Both the position numbers and the translations under genes were made by a program. Below are positions 22,586-32,193 of a stretch of 64,000 nucleotides of DNA, piece after piece (the stretch's first letter is position 1; every line of letters begins with the position of its first letter). The notes under the pieces were generated by a model that saw only the letters and a program-made list of their open reading frames with translations, did not search any database and was not told where the DNA came from. This DNA comes from an uncultured Gemmatimonadales bacterium (lineage in GTDB: Bacteria; Gemmatimonadota; Gemmatimonadetes; Longimicrobiales; Gaopeijiaceae), in assembly GCA_963823035.1 (NCBI GenBank), contig CAWGKG010000004.1, positions 288,001-352,000 of the forward strand, given 5' to 3'.

Positions 22586-22619
22586 TGCACTCGTTAGAGG
22601 TATACTGTCCACGAGTATA
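22586..22619. promoter_or_regulatory. putative PadR operator(s)
   Basis: TATACT-N7-AGTATA at 22601-22619 plus degenerate overlapping TGCACT-N7-GGTATA at 22586-22604; AT-rich island just upstream of padR. Confidence 0.65.
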
Positions 22620-22714
22620 TCATGCCCCGGGCCGCGCCGCAACGAGGTCCTGTGTCCGCGCCGACGCGCGCCGCCTACGTTCCACCCGGTCATCCACCGT
22701 ATCCGGAGGGTCCC

Positions 22715-23657
22715 ATGTCCCGTCGTCCCTCGCACGCCGCCCGCATCGTCGGAAGCCTCGTTGTCCCGCTCCTTGGTCTGGGCGTGCTGGCCTGCGGTGG
22801 GGGTGGCGACGCACAGGCCGATGCGGATGCGTCGATGGCGTCGGGGGAGATACGGGTCGAGGGCTTCGCCACGCCCGAGTCCGTGCTGCACGACACCGTC
22901 GCCGACGTCTACCTCGTGTCGAACATCGACGGCGACCCGTTGGAGCGGGACGGCAACGGCTTCATCTCCCGCCTGTCGCCGGACGGGCAGGTGCTCGAGC
23001 GCGCGTGGATCGCCGGGGGGGCCAACGGCGTGACGCTCAACGCCCCGAAGGGGATGGCGATCCAGGGCGGTACGCTGTACGTGGCGGACATCGACTGCCT
23101 GCGTCTCTTCGATCGGGAGACCGGTGCGCACAAGAAGGACGTGTGCCTGAAGAACGCGACGTTCCTCAACGACGTCGCGACCTCGGGGGACGGCTCGGTG
23201 TTCTTCACGGACTCGGGGCTCGAAGGCGGCGCCCGAAGGCCTCGCCCCCTCGGGGACGGACGCCGTCTATCGGCTGATCGACGACGACCGGGTGGTCGCC
23301 GTGAAGAAGGACCCGGCCCTCGGAGCGCCCAACGGCCTCACCGTCGGATCGAGGGGGATCCTGGTGGTGTCGTTCGGCTCGGGAGAGGTGTACCGGCTGG
23401 ACGCCGAGGGGAACCGGACGGACATGATGCCGGCCAGCCAACGCCAGCTCGACGGGATCGCGATGCTCCCCGACGGTGGCTTCGTGATGTCGAGCTGGGG
23501 CGATTCCGCCGTCTACCGTGTCGGCGGCGACGGAAAGGTCTCGAAGGCCGTGGAGCACCTCGACGGGCCGGCGGACATCGGGTACGACGCCGTCCGCAAC
23601 CGCGTGCTCATCCCGCTGTACAACACGGGCGTGGTCATCATCCACCCGCTGGGCTGA
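22715..23657 (+). CDS. SMP-30/gluconolactonase-like beta-propeller lipoprotein (frameshift near 23235)
   Basis: VLAC lipobox; GFATPESVL, YLVSNI, LNAPKGMAI, FLNDV, PNGL, LDGI, GPADIGYD. Confidence 0.8.
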
Positions 23658-23711
23658 GGCCGCCCGGCGCCGACACGCCCGAACGTGCAGCCCACGCCTG
23701 CGTGGCGAGCC

Positions 23712-25928
23712 TCAGAAGAGGGTGATCTGCCTCGCGTACTTCACGATGAGGCCGCGGTGCACGGGCTCTCCCAACCGGCCGAGTCGCGCGGCGTTGCGCG
23801 CGTCGTTGTACACCAGGTAGAGGCCCGTCCCGGCCGTGGACAGCCAGGCGAAGCGCACGTTGGCGGACCAGACGTCCGCCTGGTCGGAGTACTGGAAGAG
23901 CGACTGCAGGAAGACGTTCGGGGAGAAGAAGTAGGCCAGGCGCAGGCCGAGGAGCGTCGTCTCGAAGTCGCCCTCCGGGAGACGCACGATGTTGTGGTCC
24001 ACCAGGAGCGAGCTGGACATCGTCTCGCCGCTGCGCACGGTGAAGGTCACGTTGCCGCCGTACTTGTGGCCGGTGTAGAAGCCGCCGAACTCGGCGCGCC
24101 CCAGGAAGGAGAAGGGGCGGCTGGGGTCGATGGCGTAGTCCCAGGCGTTCGTCGTCCACCGGTACGAGCCCGCCGGGATGAACACGTTCGGCGACACCTC
24201 GAAAGGCTCGCGCAGCCCCTCCTGCGACACGTCGATCTCCGGGCCGAACCGGCCGCCGCCCTCGAACTTCAGCTCGGCGTCCATGTGCAGGTAGCCCGTC
24301 TCCAGGAAGCCGTCGAAGTCCTCGTAGCGGCGATAGGTGACGTGCGGGTTCGACTCCCGCAGCCAGGGCACGGAGGGGAAGCGGAAGATCCGCTCCTGGT
24401 TGATCTCGATGTGGCGGTAGCCCCGGCGGTCGACGAAGCCGACCTCCGGGTTGAAGTCGTCGCCCACCTGCATGAAGCGGATCCGCCCCGGCCAGACGCG
24501 GCTCTCGTGCGTGAGCAGGAGCGCCGCGCCCACGTCGCGCCCGTCCAGGCCCGGCGTCTGCGTGCGGGCGATCCAGGCGTCCACCGTCCAGTCGTCCCCC
24601 AGTCCGAGTCTTCCGTCCGCGCCCCAGGTACGGTTGTAGTCGGCCCCGTCGTGCACGGCGCGCCGCTGCACGAAGATCGCGCCCGCTCGCGACCGGTTCG
24701 GAAGCTCGTGCGTGACCCGCGCCACGGAGAAGGAGCTCTCGCCGGTGACCCCGTCCACCGCGTCGGTGAAGATCTGCATCACGCCGACGCCTACGCCCGC
24801 CAGCTTCCCGCTCAGGCGGCCGCCGCCCAGGATGGGGACCGGGGTGCCGTCGTCCGAGATGCCGATCCGGCGCGTGAAGAAGAGGTCGGCGGCCTGCGGC
24901 GTGCCGGCGCTGAACAGCCCCGCGTTCTCCAGGAAGAAGGGCCGCTTCTCGGGGAAGAAGAGGGGGAAGCGCGTCAGGTTCGTGCGTTGCTCGTCCACCT
25001 CCACCTGGGCGAAGTCCGTGTTGGCGGTGAGGTCGAGCGTCAGGCTCCCGAAGGTGAGCTTCGCGTCCGCGCCGACCTCGCGGCCCCAGTCGGTCTCGAC
25101 CGGGAGCGCGTCGTAGCTGCGCTCGGCGGAGCCGAGGACGAAGGGCGTGATGGTCCCCGCGCGCTGGGCCGGGGGCGCCAGCCCCTGCAGGTCGCCCGCC
25201 TGAGAGAGGCGCATGATGTCGTACTGGCGTGAGACCGGCGACCAGAACGCCTCCTCGTTCCTCCGCCGGATGCGCCGTACCAGGTTCATCCCCCACGTCT
25301 GCGGGTTGCCCGACCCGTAGCGCAGCGTCGTGAAGGGGATGCGCATCTCGGCGTACCAACCCTCGGCGTCGCGGGAGGACGCCACCTCCCAGCTCCCGTC
25401 CCAGTTCACGTTCAGCCCGCCCATGGCGCCCGCCTGCTGGCGGTTCTGTCCCTGCTGGAAGACGCCGCCGCCCTGGCCCTCCTTCACCACCTGGGCGTCG
25501 TACTCGATCCCGGCCGGCGTGGTCGAGAAGAGGAAGCCGTTCTGCCGGTCGCGGTACGTGTCGAGGATGATGCCGAAGTAGTCGCCGCGCTCGAGGTCCG
25601 CGTCGCGGATGCGCTCGCCCATCACGATCTCGTCGGGGCTGCGGTCGTAGAGCCAGGCGCCGACATAGAGGGCCTGGCCGTCCACGAGGATCCGGACCTC
25701 CGTGCGCTCCGAGACCGGCTCGCCCTCCACGGGCTCCCGCTGCACGAAGCCGACGATCGCGGGAACGCTGGTCCACACGGCCTCGTCCAGCTTCCCGTCC
25801 ACGATCGGTGCGGTCTCGACGGAGGCGATGGCGGTTACCACGCGTGCATCCCCCACCTGGCGGGCGCGGGTGGGGGTTGCCGTGAAGGCCGACACGGTGA
25901 AGGCGAGGAGGAGAGCGTGTCGTATCAT
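23712..25928 (-). CDS. CBM9-like plus DUF5916 outer-membrane protein
   Basis: PIVDGKLDEAVW, WYAEMRIPFTTLRY, LTANTDFAQVEVD, RFPLFFPEKRPFFLE, LFFTRRIG; C-terminal Phe. Confidence 0.88.
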   Translation of the reverse strand: MIRHALLLAFTVSAFTATPTRARQVGDARVVTAIASVETAPIVDGKLDEAVWTSVPAIVGFVQREPVEGEPVSERTEVRILVDGQALYVGAWLYDRSPDEIVMGERIRDADLERGDYFGIILDTYRDRQNGFLFSTTPAGIEYDAQVVKEGQGGGVFQQGQNRQQAGAMGGLNVNWDGSWEVASSRDAEGWYAEMRIPFTTLRYGSGNPQTWGMNLVRRIRRRNEEAFWSPVSRQYDIMRLSQAGDLQGLAPPAQRAGTITPFVLGSAERSYDALPVETDWGREVGADAKLTFGSLTLDLTANTDFAQVEVDEQRTNLTRFPLFFPEKRPFFLENAGLFSAGTPQAADLFFTRRIGISDDGTPVPILGGGRLSGKLAGVGVGVMQIFTDAVDGVTGESSFSVARVTHELPNRSRAGAIFVQRRAVHDGADYNRTWGADGRLGLGDDWTVDAWIARTQTPGLDGRDVGAALLLTHESRVWPGRIRFMQVGDDFNPEVGFVDRRGYRHIEINQERIFRFPSVPWLRESNPHVTYRRYEDFDGFLETGYLHMDAELKFEGGGRFGPEIDVSQEGLREPFEVSPNVFIPAGSYRWTTNAWDYAIDPSRPFSFLGRAEFGGFYTGHKYGGNVTFTVRSGETMSSSLLVDHNIVRLPEGDFETTLLGLRLAYFFSPNVFLQSLFQYSDQADVWSANVRFAWLSTAGTGLYLVYNDARNAARLGRLGEPVHRGLIVKYARQITLF

Positions 25929-26133
25929 TCCCCGACGGGCGGCGGAAGGTGATGGGAAGGGCGGCCGGAACGATACGCGACCCGCCCGCGCCAGCAAGGG
26001 GACGCCGGGATGGGTCGCCCGGGTGACCGAGAGGGGGGAGCCTCTGTTTGTAACGATTTGACCACCAGAAGGTGCATGGATTAGCTATGAATGCGTGACG
26101 GTTGTTCGGCCGGACCTGGGCGAGGAGGTGGCC

Positions 26134-26538
26134 ATGAGGGGGAAGAGGATCCTAACGGGAGCGGCGCTGGCGGCGGCCGTCGTGCTGGGCACGGCCTGTG
26201 CCTCCGCGAACCCCTGGGCGCGTAGTGACCGGGCCGGGCGGATGAGGGCCGCCGCGGCCGATCCCTCGAGCACGTGCGACGTCGAGGTGCTCAACGCGAC
26301 GGACCGGGTGCTCGACACGTCGCTGCTCCTCGGCGGGGCGCCCCGGAGCCTGGGCCTCGTCACCTCCGGGCAGAGCGTCACCTTCCCGGTGGCGTGCGCC
26401 ATCGGGCGCATCACGGCGCTCGGCATCTCCCAGGATCTCGGGATGAGCGCGGAGCGTACCTTCCGGAGCGTGGCCCCCCTCGATCTCGTGCGCGCGACGC
26501 GCGTCCGGCTCACGCAGGCCGACGAGGTGCGCAACTAG
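26134..26538 (+). CDS. hypothetical lipoprotein
   Basis: GAGGAGG RBS; GTAC lipobox; VEVLN...RSLGLVTSGQSVTFPV small beta domain. Confidence 0.7.
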   Translation: MRGKRILTGAALAAAVVLGTACASANPWARSDRAGRMRAAAADPSSTCDVEVLNATDRVLDTSLLLGGAPRSLGLVTSGQSVTFPVACAIGRITALGISQDLGMSAERTFRSVAPLDLVRATRVRLTQADEVRN

Positions 26539-26599
26539 GCGCGCCGCCCGCTCGCGTTCGAACCGACCCATCCTGCTTCCCTTTCGCGACCCATGTCTG

Positions 26600-26628
26600 T
26601 AACATAGGTTGAATACCAACATATGTTA
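26600..26628. promoter_or_regulatory. putative PadR operator
   Basis: TAACATAGGTTG-AATAC-CAACATATGTTA inverted repeat (11/12 matches), about 40 bp before padR. Confidence 0.7.
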
Positions 26629-26670
26629 TGTGCGTGTCCCGCGTGACGTTCCACGGGTGAAGGAGGTCGG

Positions 26671-27003
26671 GTGTCCGCACGACGAGCGTTTCCGCTGGGG
26701 GCCGTCATGGTGCTCCACGCCCTGGCCCGCGGCCATCGCCACGGGTTCGACATCCTCGAGCAGACGGGGCTGACGAGCGGGACGGTGTATCCGGCGCTGG
26801 ATCGGCTGGAGGCGGCGGGCCTGGCACGCTCCTCCTGGGAGGACGCGGCCGTGGCCCACGCGGAGAAGCGCCCGCCCCGCCGCTACTTCGAGATCACGGA
26901 CGAGGGGAAGGCGGAGCTCATCCGTGCCCTCGATCGCTATGGCGCGCTCGCGCCCGTGAGGATCGACGGCGTGCTCCACCCGCACAGCGGGGAGCCGGCG
27001 TGA
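26671..27003 (+). CDS. PadR family transcriptional regulator
   Basis: GAAGGAGG RBS; HGFDI, SGTVYPALDRLE, RPPRRYFEITDEG. Confidence 0.92.
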   Translation: MSARRAFPLGAVMVLHALARGHRHGFDILEQTGLTSGTVYPALDRLEAAGLARSSWEDAAVAHAEKRPPRRYFEITDEGKAELIRALDRYGALAPVRIDGVLHPHSGEPA

Positions 27004-29633
27004 GCGACGTGCCCGCGGCGGCCCGCCTGGTCGTTCGTGTCGCGGCGCTCGTGGTGCCGCGGCGCCGGCGGGCCTCCTGGCGGCGGCAGTGGGATGGGGA
27101 GATGGCACACCGGGTCCGCGCCCACGGCGCCACGGGCAGCCTGCGCTTCTCGCTGGGGGCCCTCGCGCACGCGGTCTACCTGAGACGGGAGGAGGGGAGC
27201 ATGACGGGATGGATCGGGGACCTCAGACACGCGGCGCGGATGCTCGTGAGGCGTCCGGCCTTCACCGCGCTCTCGGTGCTCACGCTCGCCGTGGGCATCG
27301 GTGCCGCCACGGCCGTGTTCAGCCTCGCGGAAGCGCTTCTGCTGCGCCCGCTGCCGCTCGAGGACGGGAACCGGTTGGTGGGCCTCTACTCGTCGAACCC
27401 CTCGAGCGGGTGGGATCGGTTCAACGTGTCCTGGCCGGACTACGTCGACTGGACGGCGCAGGAGGACCTCTTCGCGTCATCCGCCTACTATGACGTGGTG
27501 GACACGGACCTCTCCGGCGAGGGCGAGCCCGTGCGCCTCTCCGGCGCGGAGGTCGGCCGCGGCTTCTTCGAGACCCTCGGCACCCGGGCGATCCTTGGCC
27601 GCACGCTCGGCGACGACGACCAGGACGGGCGCAACGAGGCCACCGTCGTCTTCGCGGAAGGCGTGTGGCGCCGCCTCTTCGGAGGCGACCCGTCGGTCGT
27701 CGGCCGGACGGTGCATCTGGACGGGGACGCCTACACGGTGGTGGGTGTGGTCCCCGACGCGGAATCCTGGCCCCTGACGGCAGACTTCTGGGTGCCCCTG
27801 CGCTTCGGCCCGCATCCCCCCGAGTGGGTGGACCGGCGATCCAACCACACCTGGCAGGCGCTGGCGCGCCTCCGCCCGGGTGTCGCGGTGGCGACCGCGT
27901 CGCGTCGCGTGGGGGAGGTCGCCCATCGCTGGTACGACACGAACGCCAGCGGCACCGAGGTCGGCACGACCGGGATCGTGGTGCCGCTGCGCAGCACGGT
28001 CGCGCCGGACGCGGCGCCCGTGATCCTCGGCGTCATGGGCCTTGCGGTCTTCTTCGTGCTCCTGATCGCGTGCATGAACCAGTCGAACCTCCTCTTCACG
28101 CACGCGTGGGGGAGGGCGCGCGAGCTATCCCTGCGCTCCGCATTGGGAGCGGGGCGCGCGCGGCTGGTGGCGCTCCTCCTCGGCGAGTCGCTCCTCCTCT
28201 CGCTCGCGGGCGGGGCCTTGGGCGTGGCGCTGGCCGGAGCGGCGCTGGGGCCGGCCACGCGGCTGGCGCCCATGACGCTGCCACGGTCCCTGGGCGTGCG
28301 CCTCGACTGGCGGGTGTTGTCGGGTGCGGTCGCCATCTCCCTGATGGCGTCCGTGCTGGCCGGACTGCTCCCGGCGCTGCGGGCGTCGCGCGGCTCGGTG
28401 GCGGACGCGCTCAAGGAGGGCTCGGTCCAGTCCGGTCAGGGGCGAGGGGGGCGGCGCCTGCGGCGCGCCATGGTCGTCACCCAGCTCGCGCTCTCGGTCG
28501 TCCTGCTCACGGCGGCGGGTCTCACGATCCGCACGTTCCGGGCGCAACTCGCCGCCGACGCCGGCTTCGACACCGACGACCTCCTCACGTTCACGGTCCG
28601 CCTGCCGACCGCCCGCTACCCCGACAACGCGCTGCGTACGCAGTTCTTCGACGACGCGGTGCGCCGACTGAAGGGGCTGCCGGGTGTGGCGGACGCCACC
28701 GTCACCTCCCGCCTGCCCGTGGGGGCGGCGAGCTCCAGCCTCTACCGGGTCTTCCTCTTCGAGGGCGCCCCGGAACCTCCCGCGGGCCCCGACTTCGGCG
28801 CGACCTGGGTGACGGTGGATCCCGGGTACTTCCCCACCACCGGCATCCATCCTGTCCGCGGTCGCGCGTTCACGGAGGACGACGGAGCGGACGGGCCCCC
28901 CGTCCTCCTGGTCAACGAGACGCTCGCACGACGCATGTCGCCGGAGCAGGACATCGTGGGCCGGCGCATCCAGTCCTGGCGGGACGAGCGCAAGCTCCGT
29001 GACGTGGTGGGCGTGGTGCCCGACATCCAGTTCGGGACGATGACCGGACGCGACGAGCCCGCCGTGTTCGTCCCGGCGGCCCAGGCGGTACGCTCCCAGA
29101 TGTCCTTCATGGTGCGGGCCACTTCGGACCCGGCGGCCCTCGTACCGGTCGTCAGGACGGCCATGGCCGAGCTGGACGCCGACGTGGCGCTGGCGGAGAT
29201 GGGCACGCTGACCGACGCGCACAGGCAGGCCCTCGCGGGCGTGCGTTTCGTGATGGTGCTCTTCGGAGTCTTCGGCGCGCTCGCGCTCGTGCTCGCCGTG
29301 GGGGGTGTCTACGGCCTGGTGGCGTACTCGGTTTCCCGACGCACCCGGGAGATCGGCATCCGCGTCGCGATGGGGGCCTCGGGGGGCAGTGTCCAGGCCG
29401 GTGTCGTCGCCGAGGGCGTAGGCCTCGCGGCCACGGGAATCGCCCTGGGGCTCGCGCTCGCCATGGTGGCCGCCCGGGCCCTGGCCTCCACGGTGGTGGG
29501 GCTGAGTTGGCTGGATCCGGTCGCGCTGGGCGGTGTGGCCGGGCTGCTCGGCGTGGCGACGCTGCTCGCCAGCTGGATCCCTGCCCGTCGCGTGCTGCGC
29601 GTGGACCCCGTGGAGGCGCTCAGGCGCGAGTGA
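27000..29633 (+). CDS. MacB/FtsX-like duplicated ABC permease (ADOP-type) with N-terminal prefix
   Basis: GTGA overlap with the padR stop; DLRHAARML, TLAVGIGAATAVFS, LLIACMN, YSVSRRTREIGIRVAMG, VDPVEALRRE. Confidence 0.92.
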   Translation: MSDVPAAARLVVRVAALVVPRRRRASWRRQWDGEMAHRVRAHGATGSLRFSLGALAHAVYLRREEGSMTGWIGDLRHAARMLVRRPAFTALSVLTLAVGIGAATAVFSLAEALLLRPLPLEDGNRLVGLYSSNPSSGWDRFNVSWPDYVDWTAQEDLFASSAYYDVVDTDLSGEGEPVRLSGAEVGRGFFETLGTRAILGRTLGDDDQDGRNEATVVFAEGVWRRLFGGDPSVVGRTVHLDGDAYTVVGVVPDAESWPLTADFWVPLRFGPHPPEWVDRRSNHTWQALARLRPGVAVATASRRVGEVAHRWYDTNASGTEVGTTGIVVPLRSTVAPDAAPVILGVMGLAVFFVLLIACMNQSNLLFTHAWGRARELSLRSALGAGRARLVALLLGESLLLSLAGGALGVALAGAALGPATRLAPMTLPRSLGVRLDWRVLSGAVAISLMASVLAGLLPALRASRGSVADALKEGSVQSGQGRGGRRLRRAMVVTQLALSVVLLTAAGLTIRTFRAQLAADAGFDTDDLLTFTVRLPTARYPDNALRTQFFDDAVRRLKGLPGVADATVTSRLPVGAASSSLYRVFLFEGAPEPPAGPDFGATWVTVDPGYFPTTGIHPVRGRAFTEDDGADGPPVLLVNETLARRMSPEQDIVGRRIQSWRDERKLRDVVGVVPDIQFGTMTGRDEPAVFVPAAQAVRSQMSFMVRATSDPAALVPVVRTAMAELDADVALAEMGTLTDAHRQALAGVRFVMVLFGVFGALALVLAVGGVYGLVAYSVSRRTREIGIRVAMGASGGSVQAGVVAEGVGLAATGIALGLALAMVAARALASTVVGLSWLDPVALGGVAGLLGVATLLASWIPARRVLRVDPVEALRRE

Positions 29634-30657
29634 GCCGGCGCGCCACCCACGCAGAATCCTCCCGGGCGCGGGCCTCGTTCAGCGTCGCGTCCATGATCCA
29701 CACGGTGTCGCCCGAGGCGATCGCGGCCTCGTTGTACATGCGATGCGCGAGGAGGAACGCACCTTCGCCGATGCGCACCGTGTCCGGACGCATCGCCTCG
29801 GGATCACCGTGGATCGAGGCCGGATGGACGCCCCGCACGTCGGCGGGAAGGGCTGGGAGGGCCGCGTCCGCCGCGGGCATGAGCTCGATCTCCCCGACCG
29901 TGCGCTCCATGTCCACCTCGCCGTCCCGGATGCGGAAGGCGGCGGCGGGCATGAAGCCCTCGTCGCCCGCTTCGATCCAGGTGGACCAGAGCATCTCCTC
30001 GTGCAGCTGCCCCCACGTCTCGTGCGGCACGGTGCGGTCGAGCTTGACCGGGAAGCCCGACTCGCGGTCGAGGAAGAGCCGCTCCGGACGGCCGCGCACG
30101 GTGCGCTCGAGGACCAGACGGTCGTCGTCGCGGTAGGGGCACAGCCCGACCACGCGCGCGTCCCCGGCCTCCACCCAGTCGCCCACCACGGCCCACGGGT
30201 TCATCTCGCGCTGCGGGCGGGAGAAGGGGTCGAACGCCGGCACCTCGCGCAGCTCGCCCTTCTGCTCGAGCCACACGGAGCGTGCGTCCGTGATGGAGGT
30301 GCGGGCCGGGGCGCCGCCCCGCGGATAGAGCCAGGTGATGCGGGCACGCTCTGCGCGCGTCGCCGGATCGTACCACGTCTCGGAGGTTTGCATCGCCGAG
30401 AAGAACGGCGGATAGGTGCGGTCCGACTGGAAGTTCTGCACGGTGCGCGCGGCGGAGCCGAAGTGCAGCACGGAGCCGTCGTGCGGAACGCCCATCACGC
30501 GCACCGCGCGTTCGAGGGCAGCGGCCGCGTTCGCGCCGGTGGGCGGCGGCGTGCAAGCCGGGGGAGTCTGCGCACCGGCCGGGGACACGACCGCGGCGGT
30601 CGGCAACACGAGCAGGAGCGCGCGAACGGCGCGCGCGGTGATCCGTCCCATCCTCAT
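29620..30657 (-). CDS. exported protein, probably a C-terminally truncated MBL-fold hydrolase-like protein
   Basis: Signal peptide; LFLDRESGFPVK domain, then VRIGEGAFLL..YNEAAI..GDTVWIMDA (start of an MBL-like fold) ending abruptly inside the convergent permease end. Confidence 0.55.
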   Translation of the reverse strand: MRMGRITARAVRALLLVLPTAAVVSPAGAQTPPACTPPPTGANAAAALERAVRVMGVPHDGSVLHFGSAARTVQNFQSDRTYPPFFSAMQTSETWYDPATRAERARITWLYPRGGAPARTSITDARSVWLEQKGELREVPAFDPFSRPQREMNPWAVVGDWVEAGDARVVGLCPYRDDDRLVLERTVRGRPERLFLDRESGFPVKLDRTVPHETWGQLHEEMLWSTWIEAGDEGFMPAAAFRIRDGEVDMERTVGEIELMPAADAALPALPADVRGVHPASIHGDPEAMRPDTVRIGEGAFLLAHRMYNEAAIASGDTVWIMDATLNEARAREDSAWVARRLTRA

Positions 30658-30795
30658 CTTCGTCCTCCTCACGAATGGATCGAACGAACAAGGTAACGAA
30701 GGGGAGGGTGCGGTCCTTACACCCCGCGGGGATTGGCCGCGGCGAAGCGGCGGGGCGCTCGCGCGAGGGCCGCGTGCGTGCCAAGTTCGCCGGCC

Positions 30796-32180
30796 ATGTC
30801 GAATCCGGACGCTTCCCCCCCGCCCCCCGCCGAGGTCGGCTACGATCGACGCCTGGGGACGTTCGACGCCACCATGGTCGTGGTGGGCGCGATCGTCGGG
30901 GGAGGGATCTTCCTCAACCCCGCCATCGTCGCGCAGCGCGTGGGCACCGCGGGCGCGGTGCTCGGCGCGTGGGCGCTGGGCGGGCTGATCGCGGTGGTGG
31001 GAGCGCTCTGCTTCGCGGAGCTCGGCGCACGCCTGCCCCGGGCGGGAGGCGGATACGTCTACCTGCGCGACGCCTTCGGGCCGCTACCGGCGTTCCTCTA
31101 CGGCTGGACGCAGCTCCTGGTGATCAACACGGGCGGCGTGGCCGCGGTGGCGATCATCTTCGCGAGCTACACCGTGGACCTGACCGGCGCGTCGGCGGCC
31201 TGGCTCAAGCCGCTCGCGGTGGGCGCGATCGTGCTCCTCTCCGGGGTGAACGTGGCCGGGCGTGCGCTTCGGGGCCTGGGTGCAGAACGCCTTCACGCTC
31301 CTGAAGCTCGCGGCCCTGGCGCTGCTGGTGGCCACGGGGGTGTGGCTGTGGACGCGCAACGGCGGCTATCCCGCCGGCGCCGGCCCGGCGCCCGGCCGTG
31401 CAGGGCTCGCTCGTGCTCGCCATGGGCACGGCGCTCGTGCCGGTGCTCTTCGCGTACGGTGGCTGGCAGCACGCGAACAACATCGCCGAGGAGATCCGCG
31501 ATCCCGAGCGTCGCCTTCCGATCGCGCTCCTCGCCGGCGTGGCGATCGTCGTGACCGTCTACGTCTCCGCGAACGCCGCGTACCTGGCCGGACTGGGCCC
31601 CACGGGGTTGGCCGGCAGCACGGCTCCCGCGGCCGACGTGCTGCGTGCGGCCTTCGGGAGGTGGGGCGGGGTGGTGATCTCGGCCGGCGTCGCCTGCTCG
31701 ACGTTCGGGATCCTCAACGTGTTCATCATGGCCACCCCGCGCATCTACCAGGCGATGGCGGCGGACGGGATCTTCTTCGCCTCCGTCGCGCGGCTGAGCC
31801 CGCGCACGCGCACGCCGGCGGTGGGCATCTGGATCCAGATGGTGTGGGCCGTGGTGCTGGCGCTGACGGGGACGTACGGGAAGCTCCTCGACTACGTCGT
31901 CTTCGGTGACTGGATCTTCTTCGGGTCGATCGTCGCCACGCTCTTCGTCTACCGCTCGCGCGACGCGCATGGCGCCGACCCGACCCCCGCGCGTACGGGG
32001 CGCTTCCGCGCGCCCGCGCACCCACTCCTCCCTGCGCTTTTCGTGGTCGCAGCGGCCTTCGTCGTCTACAGCTCGGTCGCGTCGAACCCGCGGAACGCCC
32101 TCTACGGCACGCTCCTCATCGGCGCGGGCGTGCCGGCGTTCCTGGGCTGGAGTCGCCGCAAGGGCTCGACGACGGCCTGA
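30796..32180 (+). CDS. APC family amino acid permease (frameshifts near 31260 and 31395)
   Basis: GAIVGGGIF, FAELGARLPRAGGGYVYL, LFAYGGW, EEIRDPERRLP, PRIYQAMAADGIFF. Confidence 0.9.
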
Positions 32181-32193
32181 GCCGCGCGCCCCC

